A DNA stretch of 64,000 nt, taken from positions 1,954,741 through 2,018,740 of the forward strand of contig OZ037768.1 in the NCBI GenBank assembly GCA_964035545.1. Direction: 5' to 3'. Below are positions 24,470 through 38,122 of the stretch, piece by piece. The stretch is from Bugula neritina. Its lineage: Eukaryota > Animalia > Bryozoa. The notes under the pieces were generated by a model, which worked only from the letters and a program-made list of their open reading frames with translations, was not told the origin of the DNA and ran no database searches. Positions within the stretch are counted from its first letter, which is position 1; each line of letters begins with the position of its first letter. The position numbers and the translations under genes are program-made.

Positions 24470-27400
24470 TCAGTCAACCTTGTTCTCGGTGGCAATGGTT
24501 GGCGTGCGGAAGAAGTCAGATTTGAGCAGACGGTAGAGCAAGATTATGTTCATAAGGGTTATAATAGCGAGTCCGACGCTGCCGAGAGTGTAGGCAGGCA
24601 GCGGTATCTCTTTCTTGTTCTGGAACAGCCAGTTGGTCATCCAGGCAAAGGTAATCATACGGAATGTTATATATGAGCCTGTAAATACAGAGATTACATA
24701 CTCTATAGCATACTATACTCTATAGCATACCATAATCTATAGCGTACCATACTCTATAGCGTACTATACTCTATAGCGTACTATACTCTATAGCATACCA
24801 TACTCTATAGCGTACTGTACTTTATAGCGCACTATACTCTATAGCATACTATACTCTATAGCATACTATACTCTATAGCATGTCATAATCTATAGCGTAC
24901 TAAACTCACCTATGTTGGCTAAGCTGTTGAATCTGTATATACTGGAAGATTTATCAACTTGACATATTAGCATGAGCTGTCTGGTGTGAAGGAATACAGA
25001 GTTGACTTCCACCACTAGAGCCACAACTGCGTAACCTACGTAGAGTCTCAGCAGAACAGCTGTACCAAAGCATAGCATAATCTGCAAGGCACACATTCAC
25101 ATCCAATAGACTACAACAGCAGAGTTATCTCCCCAATATAGAGGAAACTAATTGCATTCGTCTGCCAGATAATGCTGAGTCAGCATTAGGAATCCCGCTC
25201 TGCTAAACTGCTGGTACTTTACATACCAACTTTCAAATTTGTGTTCAAAATTCAGCAGTTCTCGATGAGGGAGATAACTCCATACTGTAATCTGCGTTTA
25301 AGAGTTGTGTATAAACATTCTCAGGTATGTTACATAGAATTGTCTCCCCTACTGCTCTTTTTATCACAGCAAAGTAAAGTGCATGTTGGAACAGGGAGTA
25401 ATATTCAGTTACATAGTCAGTTGATACTATGCAATGAGTATTGATAAAACCAGATTCAAAGCATTGCAGTCTATTGGGAATTATCCTAACAATGTCCTGA
25501 ACAAAAAGTTCAAGGTCATCTATCACCTTATATAACTATTGGTTATCTTACCAGCATATGACACTTGAGATTAGATATGCTATTCCCTGCCCAGTATGCA
25601 AACAGATATCATTATATAAGCATTTTTATTATTTGATACAAACTTTCACCCATTCTACCTAACTACATTACATGAATTCAGGTATTGAAGAATGCATGTG
25701 TTTTTAGCCAACTTCTGCTGGTACTGCTAACTGCAGAGGTTGAAAGAAGTATTTAGATCAAAGGTCGGGCGGCAGTTAACTGCTGAATTGGAGGAAATAT
25801 TGAGAAGACTTCAGCCTATTTTAGTCCTTATACAGGTGACACTATGCTAATCGATAACATGCTTGCAGGTAAAACCATTACCTGAGATACCAGGTTACAG
25901 GTAATAATAGAGATGTAAGGTGGTTGCTATGGTTACAAGGTATAATACACCTGTATGTGTCCAACTATTCAAGTGTGTCAGCACCACAAGGCTGTACAAC
26001 CAGATGAAACTTAGCCTACCTACCTAGTATGCTGACTAATAGATTAGTAGGGCAGCAGAGTGACCCCCCAACACTATATGTAGTCGCCTCAACTACACAT
26101 AGACCATATATACTAATTTTTAGCCTAAGGACAAGCTACGTGTAAACTATCCAAGTTACAACTTAATTCACTGGCTCCAGGTAAAAAGTTTACAGACTAT
26201 TCTAATAGCCCTAGTTCTAGTCTCTGTGGATATCTGTAGTGTGGGAAGTTGGGCCAACACCAAACCTCAAAATATTAAAGACTCAAATGTAGCACAAGTT
26301 TAGATCACTGGACCTAGCTTGGTACTTAGACTATATTAGTATTCAGAGTAGAGTAGTACTCACAGTAGAGTAGTACTCAGAGTATAGTAGTACTCAGAGT
26401 AGAGTAGTTCTCACAGTAGAGTAGTACTCACAGTAGAGTAGTACTCATAGTAGAGTAGTACTCACAGTAGAGTAGTACTCACAGTAGAGTAGTACTCAGA
26501 GTAGAGTAGTACTCAGAGTAGAGTAGTACTCACAGTATACTAGTTATACTAGTTACATAATATATTGAACTTACAACTGTATGGTGGCCAAGAAGCTCAA
26601 AGCTGTCTTTTTTTCTACGATACATAAGCATGTCCACACAGTCGTACACTACATATCCTGCAGAAGACATCAATGTATTAGCAGTCGTACACTACATATC
26701 CTGCAGAAGACATCAATGAATAAGCAGAAGGCAGTAAGCGTAGGGCCACACGGTGCATATTTTCTACTTGTGGTGCAAATTTTCAAAAATACACACAGGG
26801 GACAGGTAACAGGGGAGGAGGGTACGCTGAGTTTCTATCCAACGGATATACAGTTCTGTCTAACTGCAGAAAGACAGACAGCTACATTAGACAGCTATTA
26901 TTTTGCCATTTCTAACTGCTGACATAAAGGTATGTTTACAGGAATAGAGCACGAGTTCAACACATGACTCGGTATCCTTTCAGTGGTTTGTGTTGTTTAT
27001 CACCACAGGTCAAATGCACTGCACCTAAAGTGGCTATTGTCCCTAAACAGTGGCTGTTTGCTGTACAAACACATGTAATACAATACAAGGCAGTGGATTG
27101 CAGAAAGTCTTGTTGATAAATCTGGAATGTTGCTGTGGCACACAAATGCAGAAATCTTTCCTCCGTAGTAACTTATTTCAACTTGTAGTGATTTTATCAC
27201 CTTCAGAAATGTCAAGGTAGCGTAGTACTTCAACAAAATAACTTGTGTTACTACGCTAAGGATGCTGTGTAAAATTATAGCTACGTGTGGTGGATTGGAA
27301 TGCACATTTCAAGGTAGTAATAAATCTTCCACATGTAACTCACAGCTTACTAATTAGCACGAATTCATCAACTACAGTCACTTGCTAGCAGCATGTAACC

Positions 27401-28437
27401 TGTATTTCACTGAGAAGGTATTATTTCACATAAAACATCTCCTAGAACTCCAGCCCATCCGCCTATATGGTGATACCCTAGCTACATTGCCTTAGCAGCT
27501 GTATATACTGAGTATCATAATTATATTCAAGGTATTGGAAATGGCAAGATTTGCTCAACTAAATGCTCAACTAAATGTAAGCCGAAATGACTATTCAACT
27601 TTCATAACCTTGTTTGGCCAGGTAAATATTTGCAATCCACAAACAGGGTGTAGCCTAGCTAATTTCAATACATGCTCGCCTATGATAGAGCTCTCAAACT
27701 AGACACCAGTGAAAGAGTGGAACTCTGGTTAGTTGTCACACAGTGTTACTCACTCACAGTGGTCACAGTGAATTGCAGTGTGACTAACACCAGCTGTGTT
27801 AAAGAGTGAGTTGTGAGCTATTTTGACACCTTGAGCAAGTGCCCTGGTCTGACAGGCACCTGAAGTCAATCCAAACCAGGAGGCGTAAACTATCAGAGAT
27901 AAATTGACAGAAACTGGGTTTATTTTGACATGAGAAATAGAAAGGTTATACTGACCTAAGGAGAAGCACACTAGAGTATAGGCAGATGCATCATATACAT
28001 GTATGATATCCTGAGCTAGTCCAGGTGTGAATATCAAACTACAACACAAATCAGGTTAATGTTTAACACAATTGCATTTGAGCTCTTCTCTGCTTTAGAG
28101 GGAGAAAATGTGATAAGCTTCTGTAGATGAGTATGCACTACATTGCTCAGCAAGATGTAATACGCTGTTATGTTAATATTAACAAACTGACTGAAAGCAT
28201 TCAACCAGTATAGCCATAAGAGAACCTGTGTAGAGCCCAGACTCCTGTGATAAAAGCATGAATAAGTGATATTAGAATATTCTTGAACTTCCAGGAAGAT
28301 TTGGCCGACTTTGGAACATGTTTGGAGGTCAAGTGGCCGAGGAATGTGAAGAGGATGGTGGAGCCAAGTATGGTCGCTACAGGATATAGGGGGTGCTTGT
28401 AGGCAGCGCCAACATCAACTGAATTGTGATTATCCAT
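24470..28437 (-). CDS. TLCD1/2: TLC-domain membrane protein, TLCD1/TLCD2-like (252 aa, 5 coding exons)
   Basis: Exons 28437-28226, 28038-27956, 26657-26575, 25081-24910, 24678-24470; 759 nt open. Motifs WKFKNILISLIHA, GYVVYD..D, ELLGHH, EVNSVFLHTR, TFR, NIILLYRLLKSDF. Confidence 0.92.
24697..24902. repeat. 17-bp minisatellite (TACTATACTCTATAGCA) filling almost all of TLCD intron 4
   Basis: About 12 copies inside a 231-nt intron. Confidence 0.95.
26347..26535. repeat. 17-bp minisatellite (AGTAGAGTAGTACTCAC/G) in TLCD intron 3
   Basis: About 11 copies. Confidence 0.95.
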
Positions 28438-29123
28438 CTTCAATCTCCTAGACTCATCATAGAAACCTACGAGAATAACAGCAGTTACATTAACTGCGAG
28501 TCTGAAATTAATTCTAGACCATTAACATAGATTTTAATATAAAAATCAATATTGCTTAGGTGGAGATAGGCGTGTATCCACATTACTAAGTAGTACTAAC
28601 ATTGTATGGCAACATGCCTATTCCAATGTTATCTTATCTCTCATAGGTCAACAAAGAGTAGAAATGTGAGTGGCAGAATATTAGCCTATTCAAAGGTTAT
28701 AAAATAACTCAAATCTTCAACAAAGTCCAGCTTGCAGTACTGATTCAACACAATGATAAAATCACTAATAATAATAATACAAGATCTGTGAAAGTTTAAC
28801 CCAGTACGGCCTGACAACTGGTAGTTCAAAGAAATCAGGCTATCAGGTGTTTACATTTATGAAGGGATTTGATTATTGTCACCCACTCATTCCCTTAGCA
28901 TTGTTTTTATCTATACTGCATAAAATCTACATAAATTGGTCAGCAAATGAATAATGAATCTAAGTTAGTAGTTGCTATGATAAACACATTATAAATTTGA
29001 GTTTAGCAATAATATCTTGACTGTTTCAAATTTAATTTGAACTGTAGCCAAAATAAAGTAAAAACTAAATACAAAACATACCAGCGTGTTAAACCACTTA
29101 CAAATAATGACATATATTTGTAC

Positions 29124-29579
29124 GGTTTCATCCCACTTAGACGATTTTTTTATTTTGGTACAATATATATAGTAATATACATATATAACTGTTGCATTTA
29201 CTGCTAAACATGAAATAAGCTACCAAGCCAGCTATTTGCTTTAACCCAATACTAATTTAGCTACAGTTTATTTTATTCAGGTTTTTGGTAAGAACAGCAC
29301 TTTAGACAAATAATTTCCAATAATAGAATTTTTAATATCTTTTAATATATCACTTAATAAACATATTTGATATTTTTTCTTATTATATTTTGTCTATCTT
29401 CTACCCTTAAGTTTAAGGTTTGTGCAAGATGGCTTCTTATAGAAGCATTGTTACTGTACATGGCTTGCTGATGGCTTCTTTGCTTTCTATTATGTGCTAA
29501 ATAATAGCATAAAATACATATATTACGCTAAAATCTATAAATATCGTCTAACTGGGAATCGTCTAAGTGGGATGACACC
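29124..29579. mobile_element. MITE family B with 8-bp TSD (Merlin- or MULE-like)
   Basis: TIRs GGTTTCATCCCACTTAGACGATT / AATCGTCTAAGTGGGATGACACC (22/23); direct repeat ATTTGTAC at 29116-29123 and 29580-29587. Confidence 0.9.
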
Positions 29580-30231
29580 ATTTGTACTAGATTAAAAGTG
29601 ATTGGCTTTTTTTATGTGAGGGTAAGAGAAATTTATATTGATGGTTTATGAGCCTATGTCACCTTTCCCAGTCTAAAATAGAATGTGACAGTGCACCTGC
29701 ATAGGTACAAGTGCACTACTATAATTATCCAATCACTTGGTTTATCACATTGATAAAATAGTCTAACATTATTGCAGAACTAAATCACATTACTGGCAGA
29801 TATATAAATTATAAGTTTTGGTTTGTACAAGTCAAGTTTTGTAGAAGTTTTTTCCTTTTCATATCTTCCTCTAAATTACAAATTAGTAACTGATATTGCC
29901 AGTTAGACTCTTATCATATTCGATTAACTTTCCAACAAATTTCAGTCAGAAACTTTAAAAGTAAAACATAGTTAAAAACAGAGACAATAAATAGTTAAAT
30001 CTAACAGCTGGATTAGTTGGCTAAAGCGGACTATGTTACTGCAAGGCAATGTGTTCCATCGTCATGAGTCATCACTCAGTTAGTGACTCAGTCAGTGAGA
30101 GCAGTTCAAAGTTAGTCAGAATAGAGCTTTATTCAATAAAGCAATCTTGTTTTGGCTTAGCTAAGTTTTATTCGGATGAATTTAGGTCAATGGCTAACCA
30201 AGTCCATACACAGTCCAACCAAAAAATCCAA

Positions 30232-30287
30232 AGTCAAGTTACCCAATAACTTGAGTTAATTAACTCAAGTTATTGGGTAACTTGACT
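30232..30287. repeat. Perfect 56-bp spacerless palindrome
   Basis: AGTCAAGTTACCCAATAACTTGAGTTAA|TTAACTCAAGTTATTGGGTAACTTGACT equals its own reverse complement. Confidence 0.95.
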
Positions 30288-31240
30288 AGCTAGTCTTCAA
30301 TCAACTCAATAGATGCAATGATAACTTTGATTTAGAAATTTATATACAAAGTTACAAGACATTTAATAAACTGCTAAAAGCATGCTTAATAAGCTGTTAG
30401 TTTGAGTTCCACCTATATTGAATTCAATATATACATGTATCTGCAAACTAGATGATTGAATAATAATAATAATCATATAACTACAATAATCATTCTATAA
30501 TTTTGATTACATTGAGATTATTGTTGGTTGATGAAATAAAATTAAATGTTGTAAAAATTTATCTCAAATATTAATATCTAAATTTTACAAGTTACAACTC
30601 ATAGTTATAATCCTGGCTGTGATGACAAAGTTCACTAGTCATTTTCAAAGCACAAATACCAATGTTTTTATAACCATTTAGTGTTAGTTGTACCTCAAAT
30701 TTTAGTTTAAATAAAATGTGAAATAAAGCATAAAGCATAATCATAATGACATTGACAATCGTAACCATAATGATAATTATAATCTTAATCCATAGCCTAG
30801 GGCTTATAATAATCACTCAATCTAATCAGAATAAAAACGACAATGGGCAATGAATTTAATTTTATGGTTAAAAACTGTGACAGCATAAGATTAATGATTT
30901 AATCACTTAAACTTAGCCTAACCAAAAATCAGAGTTATCTAGTTTTACTTACTACTTCGTAAACTTAGTTTGAAACACTAACAGTAACAGTAACACCAAC
31001 AGTAACTGTGACTGTCACTTCTACTCTTAGAGTTACTCCTACTCCTAGACAGTTAGTTACACTTGACTTACACTTACTGTAAGTGTAACTGTAAGACTAA
31101 GACTAAGAGCAAGTGTGACACTAACAGTAACACTAACCGTTGGCCTTTCGCTTTTAGGTTGATTTTTAGTTTTACACTTCACTTACAGTTACACAAGTTC
31201 ACGTTGAAGTATAAACTTAAATAGAAGTGTTTCAACTTAC

Positions 31241-31440
31241 CTCGAGTTAATGTAGCACAGCTAAGCTGAGATAACTTAGAGTGTCGACTGATCAACTGTT
31301 GTTGCGGTTGGTTACCAATACACTAAAAATGGCACCAGTCTCACTCACTGCAAAACTACATGAAAACCATTCAAGCGTGGAGGTGGGGCGTACATGAAAT
31401 CAAGTGTTGCAAAACGAAAGTTGTTTCCTTACATAACCAA
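31241..31440 (-). promoter_or_regulatory. Probable non-coding first exon and promoter of the TLCD gene
   Basis: Consensus donor GAG|GTAAGT at 31241/31240; local CpG enrichment with GC-box-like GGAGGTGGGGCG; matching acceptor at 28467-28468. Confidence 0.55.
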
Positions 31441-32913
31441 AAGCATTGTTAAATGCCCTTAGTGGTTATCGGAAAACATATTTATAAATTATCCCTACAA
31501 ATAAACGCTCAATTAGCTACATTTAGACAAGACAACTCCATTACTAATAGTCAAATAAAGAAATCCCTGGTATGTTTTAAATGTTCTAGGTATGTTTCAA
31601 ATAAGATTACAAATTACAATTTTATTATTCATTAAACATTTTGTTGATATCCTCCTTTATAATTTGTTTACTGCAATATAATAATAACATTTCTGAATAA
31701 AGATATAATATTTAAATAGCATATGCTCATGGGTTTGAAAAATCATTTCGGTAATAGTATAACTAAATATTGTACAGTACCTTGTGATTTAAACAAATTA
31801 ATGTTTTGCATTATATTATGGCCATGTGCCAGCATAGCGAGCATTATGCAGTTACTTTTATTAGCTTTCCTTGAATATGCTATAGCTATAGCGCTGCCTA
31901 TCCCAAAATATGTCTCAAAGTTATATTTTGTACAAACAATTATGACCATTAAAAGTTTGCTGTTTCGTGTAGAAACACACAGTAAGCATATTTGAGAATT
32001 AAAATTATTCTAAATATCTACAGACAGTTTTGAAAGAACATCTCTAAATGCACAATCTATACACTTGATTTATACTTCAATGTATTTAATTAGTTATTGA
32101 ATTTGGCTAGTTGAGTGTTCAATTGACTAATCACATACCTTGACATACCACTCAAGTGAAAATTAGAACTAACTTAGTATTTCATCACAGTAATATCGGA
32201 TATAAAGATTATTATAAATAAAGTCACTAACGACATTTTTGGCAACTAATTTCAGACAAAAGTAAATGGAAGTAAAAATAACTCTGAACTCAGAAGTATA
32301 AAATTAAGCAATTGCAGTTTTTACAACACGAGCTGTGAATAACCCTAAATTTATACCAAACAATACATGAAACATGTTTCAAGTATTCCGTAGTTTTATT
32401 GAACTCAGCATAATATAACAACCTGAATAGATAATTAAAATATAATATATACATAATACTTAAGTATGAAGTATGTGAGGAGTTTAAGTATACACTGAAT
32501 AAGAACATGAGTAGCAATGATATAAAACATATAGAAGTAGTAAATATAATAATACAAAACGTGCATATTATTATATATCCTTTAAGCATTTCAATGTCCA
32601 AGTAGAAGCCAAGAATAAATTCATGTTGAATTATATGTTATATATAATATATTAAAATAGAACTTTCAATTCAGACCTATTGAAGCATACTATTAAGTAG
32701 TTTGTGAAAAATAATATATATAGCCTATGTGACCATACTGATATATTATTATGGCTAAGAACCTGGGTTAACAGTAAAGCTAATAGAGGGAAGCATTCAA
32801 GAGCTAGAACCCCCCCCCCCCTCCGCACTCAATTCATATACACTTTGCTAGGTTTACATACAGAGTTATTTGGTATCCTAAGTAGTATAGACTTTCCTAC
32901 AGCTACACCTGGC

Positions 32914-35900
32914 TCATAGACCTTTGTTGAAGTATACTCGCTCTGGTGGGTGTGGCCTAGCTGAGAGCTTATCTCGTAGCTCAGGTTCCAAACTGCTAGT
33001 TTTAATGGAACTCATTTGGGGAAAGAGGGCACAACAAAGGGGCGTGGCAAACACCAGGCATGTACCGACCATCAGCACCTGCAGGGGGGCATTCATCTTG
33101 GGGTACCTGCAACCAACAGGCTCGCAGTGAATATCATCTCATCAACTGAGGAGTCGATATATTAAACTTCATAACAAGCAAACATAAAATAGTGCATGAC
33201 TGAATCCACTGTCTATAATACAGCATGCAATGTATTTACATACAGCCAGCTGAAAATATAAGTTAGAACTTTTTGTTAGGCCACCATGAGCTAAAATACT
33301 GGCTGACAATCATATCTATATTTGTAGAACAGTCAGGTTTACGAATCTGAAAGTAAAAACAGAAACTCACTTGGTGAGGAAAGGCCTCTTTTCTAGTTTA
33401 GCCATAATTATTGGTGGAATAAACATTCCTGGAGCAGCCATGCCTATTCTGCTCACAACCACCTGAAGATTCAGAGTTATATTTATTACAAGTCATAGTG
33501 AACAAGAGAGTAAAACACCATACGTCCACACATACAATATACACCCGCATGTACACGTAATGTACATAATATATAGATATAGTGTACAGATAGCGCCTGC
33601 ATATACACATGTGTAATACTATCTGCTATTTTTATGAAAACTGGAAACAACCAGCAGACAGATTGTAACTACATGATGTCAAGCTTCTTCAGCTGTTGAT
33701 GAGAAATAAGAAAGTTCATAGTTCATAGTTCATAGTTCAAATGCTTAGTGTTCACTGATGTTCTTACAATCACGGGCTTTCCATGTACCGATCTCAGATC
33801 GATCTCGCTGAGATCGATCTGAGAAATGTACTCAGATCGATCGTTTTTCCATGAGAGTGTCAGATCGATCTCGAGAAGTTGCCTCCTCTTAAGTAAAAGA
33901 TACTTGAAAAGTATATTTTGTTTACCTATTTGAGTGATTAAAGCTACTACTGTTGAAAACAAGATGGTCATAGTCTAAAATTTAATCCCAGCTATAAAAT
34001 ATACGCAGCAAAGCTTTCAGGGTATGGTAATTTGGCCAATTTAAAATAATTAATTTTAATTTTTTAGCTAGACAGCTTATATAAAATTAATGGCTGTCTT
34101 GCAGATTATTAATAAACTTACAGGACTGTTAGCCTTAAAATTACAAAGAAAATAGCTAATGAAACTAAGTTTTGATAGTCATTTAAATTCAATTTAAACT
34201 CTCTCATTTTTTTGCCTTCTACTGCATATAATTGAATTTTTTTAATCATTGTGCTGACAGTCAAAGTTTTGGCATCTGAAAAGGTGGCTATCATAATTAT
34301 TTAATACTTTGCTTAGTAATTATCAATAAGTTATCATTTTTATTAGCAGACAACATTGTAGCGAGCAGTCTTTTTCTACGTCTCAGATCGATCTGGCGTC
34401 TTTCCATGGTCTTATTGACATGAGATCGATCTGAGTTCGAGCTCCACAGACCGACCAGCTCAGAACGACTGAGATCGATCTTTGCCGTCTTTCCATGGAT
34501 CGATCTCGCCGAGATCGATCTGAGATCGGTACATGGAAAGCCGGTGAATAAGTATCTGAAGCTGGTGTCGGATCTATTTACTCTAGTCAGATCTTAGCTG
34601 TGTACCTATTTCAACAGTTAACCAATCAAGAGCTTTGGATTTAATAGAGTGTAACTATTTTAACCTTTGAACTCATTGAAACCCATGTTGAATGTACTGT
34701 GCAAAGCATAACATCAACATTTTCATTTAATGTATACTAGTTTCACTTGACTAGTCACCATCTAGGATTCTACATTATACAACAGGAGTTGTCCCACCAA
34801 CAGAAGCAATTCCCCCATGAGTACACAACTCTAAGACAGACACGACCTCCATACCTGACTGATGGCACTCTGCGCTGCCTTCGAGGACTTTCCCACTTCC
34901 TCTCCTTCTGCAGTGAGCACTGGGATGCCATTGGTCAGCTCACTGCTTCTCATCATAGGAAGGTTGATTGCATTGGCGGCAGCGACAGCAGCAAACGGCA
35001 CAAATCTTCATAATATAAAAGCTATATAAAATACCCAGAATAGTAGACGTCGTGTGTTCAGATTTCTTATGTTTATAGCAACACTGGAATACTGGGATAT
35101 TTCCTGTCATTGAATATAGCAAATGCGCCTAGAAATAGCCTTGTTTCTTAACACAGGGTTCTATATCAGTAACACTCCAACAATTACCCTCTGCGTATTA
35201 TAAGGCAGAAAAGGCTAGCCAATAGTAGTAAAAACTTACAATATTTAGGAGTTATCTACTAATAGTTACAAGTGACTAAACCCCAAGTTTACATGACCCT
35301 GAGATTTTTAAAACCATTCATTAGTTTGATGTAGCGAAGTTCTACAGAGGTGCATTAATGAGGGGATCTGAAGGCACCCGTAATCATGAAACTTCTAATA
35401 CAATGCTAACAGTCACTACACACAATGACAAGTGAAATAGCACACACTGCCTTAAACACAGCTGCATCTACCCACCTTCCAACTAGAGGTGGAAATCTAG
35501 GTGCTACGACTTTATTGAGAAAGAGGGCGGTGGTTATAGCCCCCGTAGTAGCCCCACAGTACGACCAACCAAGAGTAGCTGGGCTAATAGGGTTTGGTCC
35601 ACTACGGTTTGTATAGTTTACTACAAGTTAAAGCAAATACAGAAAAGTTAAAATAATACATCATATAAATGGCAACAGAGAAGTTTATTAGTATACATAT
35701 TATGTAGTTCATCCATTTTCCTATCACAGCCCTAAACATCTTCATCAGGTGTTGTATATGCTACACTCAGGAGATTAAACAGATATTAGCTGATTCTCAG
35801 GCTAAATTTTACCTCTACTCTACTAATTTTAGCCCACGCTGTAGTGAAGCCGTTGATCATAATTACCTGCCTACCTACCACTGGGCTAAATTCTGTGAAC

Positions 35901-38122
35901 CACTGCTGACCTTAACCTTTGACCTTTACTATATGTTGACCTTAGCACGACATAGAAAAGGTCATTCTTTAACTAGATTTAGTAGCTGAAGTACAGCTAT
36001 ATTGACCACAAAATACTGCGAATGGAGGAATGCAGCAATCATTTGCAAATTACTGGAAGGCTGACAACCGCATGTCACAAATGTGACAGCAGCAGCAGCA
36101 GCAGCTGAGGCAGCACTCAGTGACTAGCAATAGAGCAGTAGTAGCTGCCTACTTGAAACAGGACTATACATTTACAGTGTTTTAGTAGCAAAAGTAAAAT
36201 ATAGACTTTACATTCCATGCTAATAATTTAGACAGAGACTTAGTCTCTACATAAAATAATGGGGTTTGCATTAAAACACTTAACTGCTCACAAACTAATC
36301 CTACTTTAAAGGTGGAGGTCAAATATGTAGAACAGCATGATATTTATACTGGAGAGGCAAACAGTGAAAAGAAATTAATGTTCTATTGTGGTCACTAATA
36401 AATTGCACTGATGCTATTGTATTAGTTACATCACCCATACTGCACCCTGGCCACTCTATTCAACATTGAATGTTGATATACAAACCAAGAGAGGAAGTAC
36501 TACACAGTATTTTACAGCTTAGAATACTGCAAGCCATAGCTAAAGGAAAACTCTGTTTTAGCTTAATAAAAATATTGCCATTTCATGGCTTTTTAAAATT
36601 TTATAAACTTCCTAAAGAAAACCTCATGAGTTATCATTGCCATTCAGTATAACAATAAACAGAACAGGTGAGAGCTCACCAAGTGCATTGAAAGACTGGT
36701 TGATCCACTGCCAGAAGACGACAGCGGGAGTTGTCTTATAGAAAGTCATCATACATCCTGTGATCACCATGTTGCATGGTACCTATCAGAATATAACGTA
36801 GAGTAATGAATATATACCTTGCATTAGGGATTTCTAGATATGTGCATTATTACATGTCAGGTTTGTACCATAGAGACACCATGATGTAGTGGAAGCTGGT
36901 GATTAAATCACTCTATTTAACAGAAACTAGTAAATGCACAAGTTTTTCTTTTCTTCCAGAAAGTTGTTCAAAAATCACTAAACCAACAACTAAGTCACAG
37001 CTCATAGAATAAAGGATGGCCACCTGATAGCAGGAGTTAACAATATGGGCCGTACACTGCCTTAGCTATGTGACGTAGCTAAGGCAGTGTCACAGTGTGT
37101 GACATAACGAAGACAGGTGAGAGTGACACACCTGGGCGGACATTCTGCCCAACAGGAACATTTTCTCGCCAGTGTCTGGGTGGTACGTTGAGTCATACAG
37201 TTGCTTAGCTCTCCACAGCTGGTCGCCAGTAATGCCCGGTAACTTCCCACCATTGCTACAATCAGGTGCTAATGTAGAATAATATTCCTTCTTATGTATG
37301 GATGTCACAAAGGTAACATCGGCCTCATTTAGAGTTGAAATTTTTCACAGCAAAAAGATTATCAGTACCATCTGTGAATCACATGTTAACACACATTAGA
37401 ATAATATTCTACACACAGTAGAATTTATATAAATAAGATCCATATGCTTGGGCACACATTTTGAGGAGTATAAAAAATAACGTCTGTGTATTCTATGAAG
37501 CAACTTTAAATATCTGTCTATTGTAAACATAATCTTACACAAACTGAAAGCACATTATATTCAAACTCATACAATATCTATAATCAGCCAAGCATATCCC
37601 TTTTCAACGTTGAACTTTCTGCTTCAAAACTTAAACACATTTGAGTTTGAAAGGTCTTCTGCCATTTAACACTTTTCAACAGTATAAATCATAATTAAAT
37701 CTACTTAATATAGTATATTATATTCTATGAAACAAGAGACAAAGTGAATGCATGTGAATGATAAATTATTATTTTCTAGACATATTTTTACAGTTTACAA
37801 AGCTGGAGTCAGATAGTGGTAAGATTTAGTCACACACAAAATTCTAGAAATAAAAAACTTTTAAGAGTTATAGAATTATGTTTTCAGTAAATTTTAAAAT
37901 GCATTGCCTATACACTCTCCCAAACACCAGGTGTAACTAATAGAACCCTCCATACCGATATTCACTGACTATGCGTTTGGATTCTTCCAGCTTCGCATTC
38001 CCGGCTAGTAGATTCAATGGATTAGTAACTATAAAGAAATGCTTAGCCCGTCCAGTATAAGTAGTCTGGTCATATCTTGGCTTCTCTATGTTAATACCCA
38101 GACTTTCTGCTGCAGACGACAT
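32914..38122 (-). CDS. SFXN1/3: Sideroflexin SFXN1/3-like, canonical copy A (324 aa, 7 exons)
   Basis: Exons 38122-37956, 37255-37132, 36782-36680, 35620-35476, 35005-34855, 33462-33371, 33106-32914; 975 nt open. Motifs [65 protein letters not shown]. Confidence 0.96.
33771..34546 (-). mobile_element. MITE family A, copy 2 (inverted relative to copy 1), in SFXN-A intron 5
   Basis: Termini CACGGGCTTTCCATG / CATGGAAAGCCGGTG; AAT on both flanks; interior is the reverse complement of 17829-18503 with about 100 bp extra subterminal sequence. Confidence 0.92.

Noticed and set aside
33723-33971. 82-aa ORF in MITE A copy 2 as a possible transposase remnant
   Set aside because: No DDE or DNA-binding motifs, and it runs through the TIR into flanking DNA.
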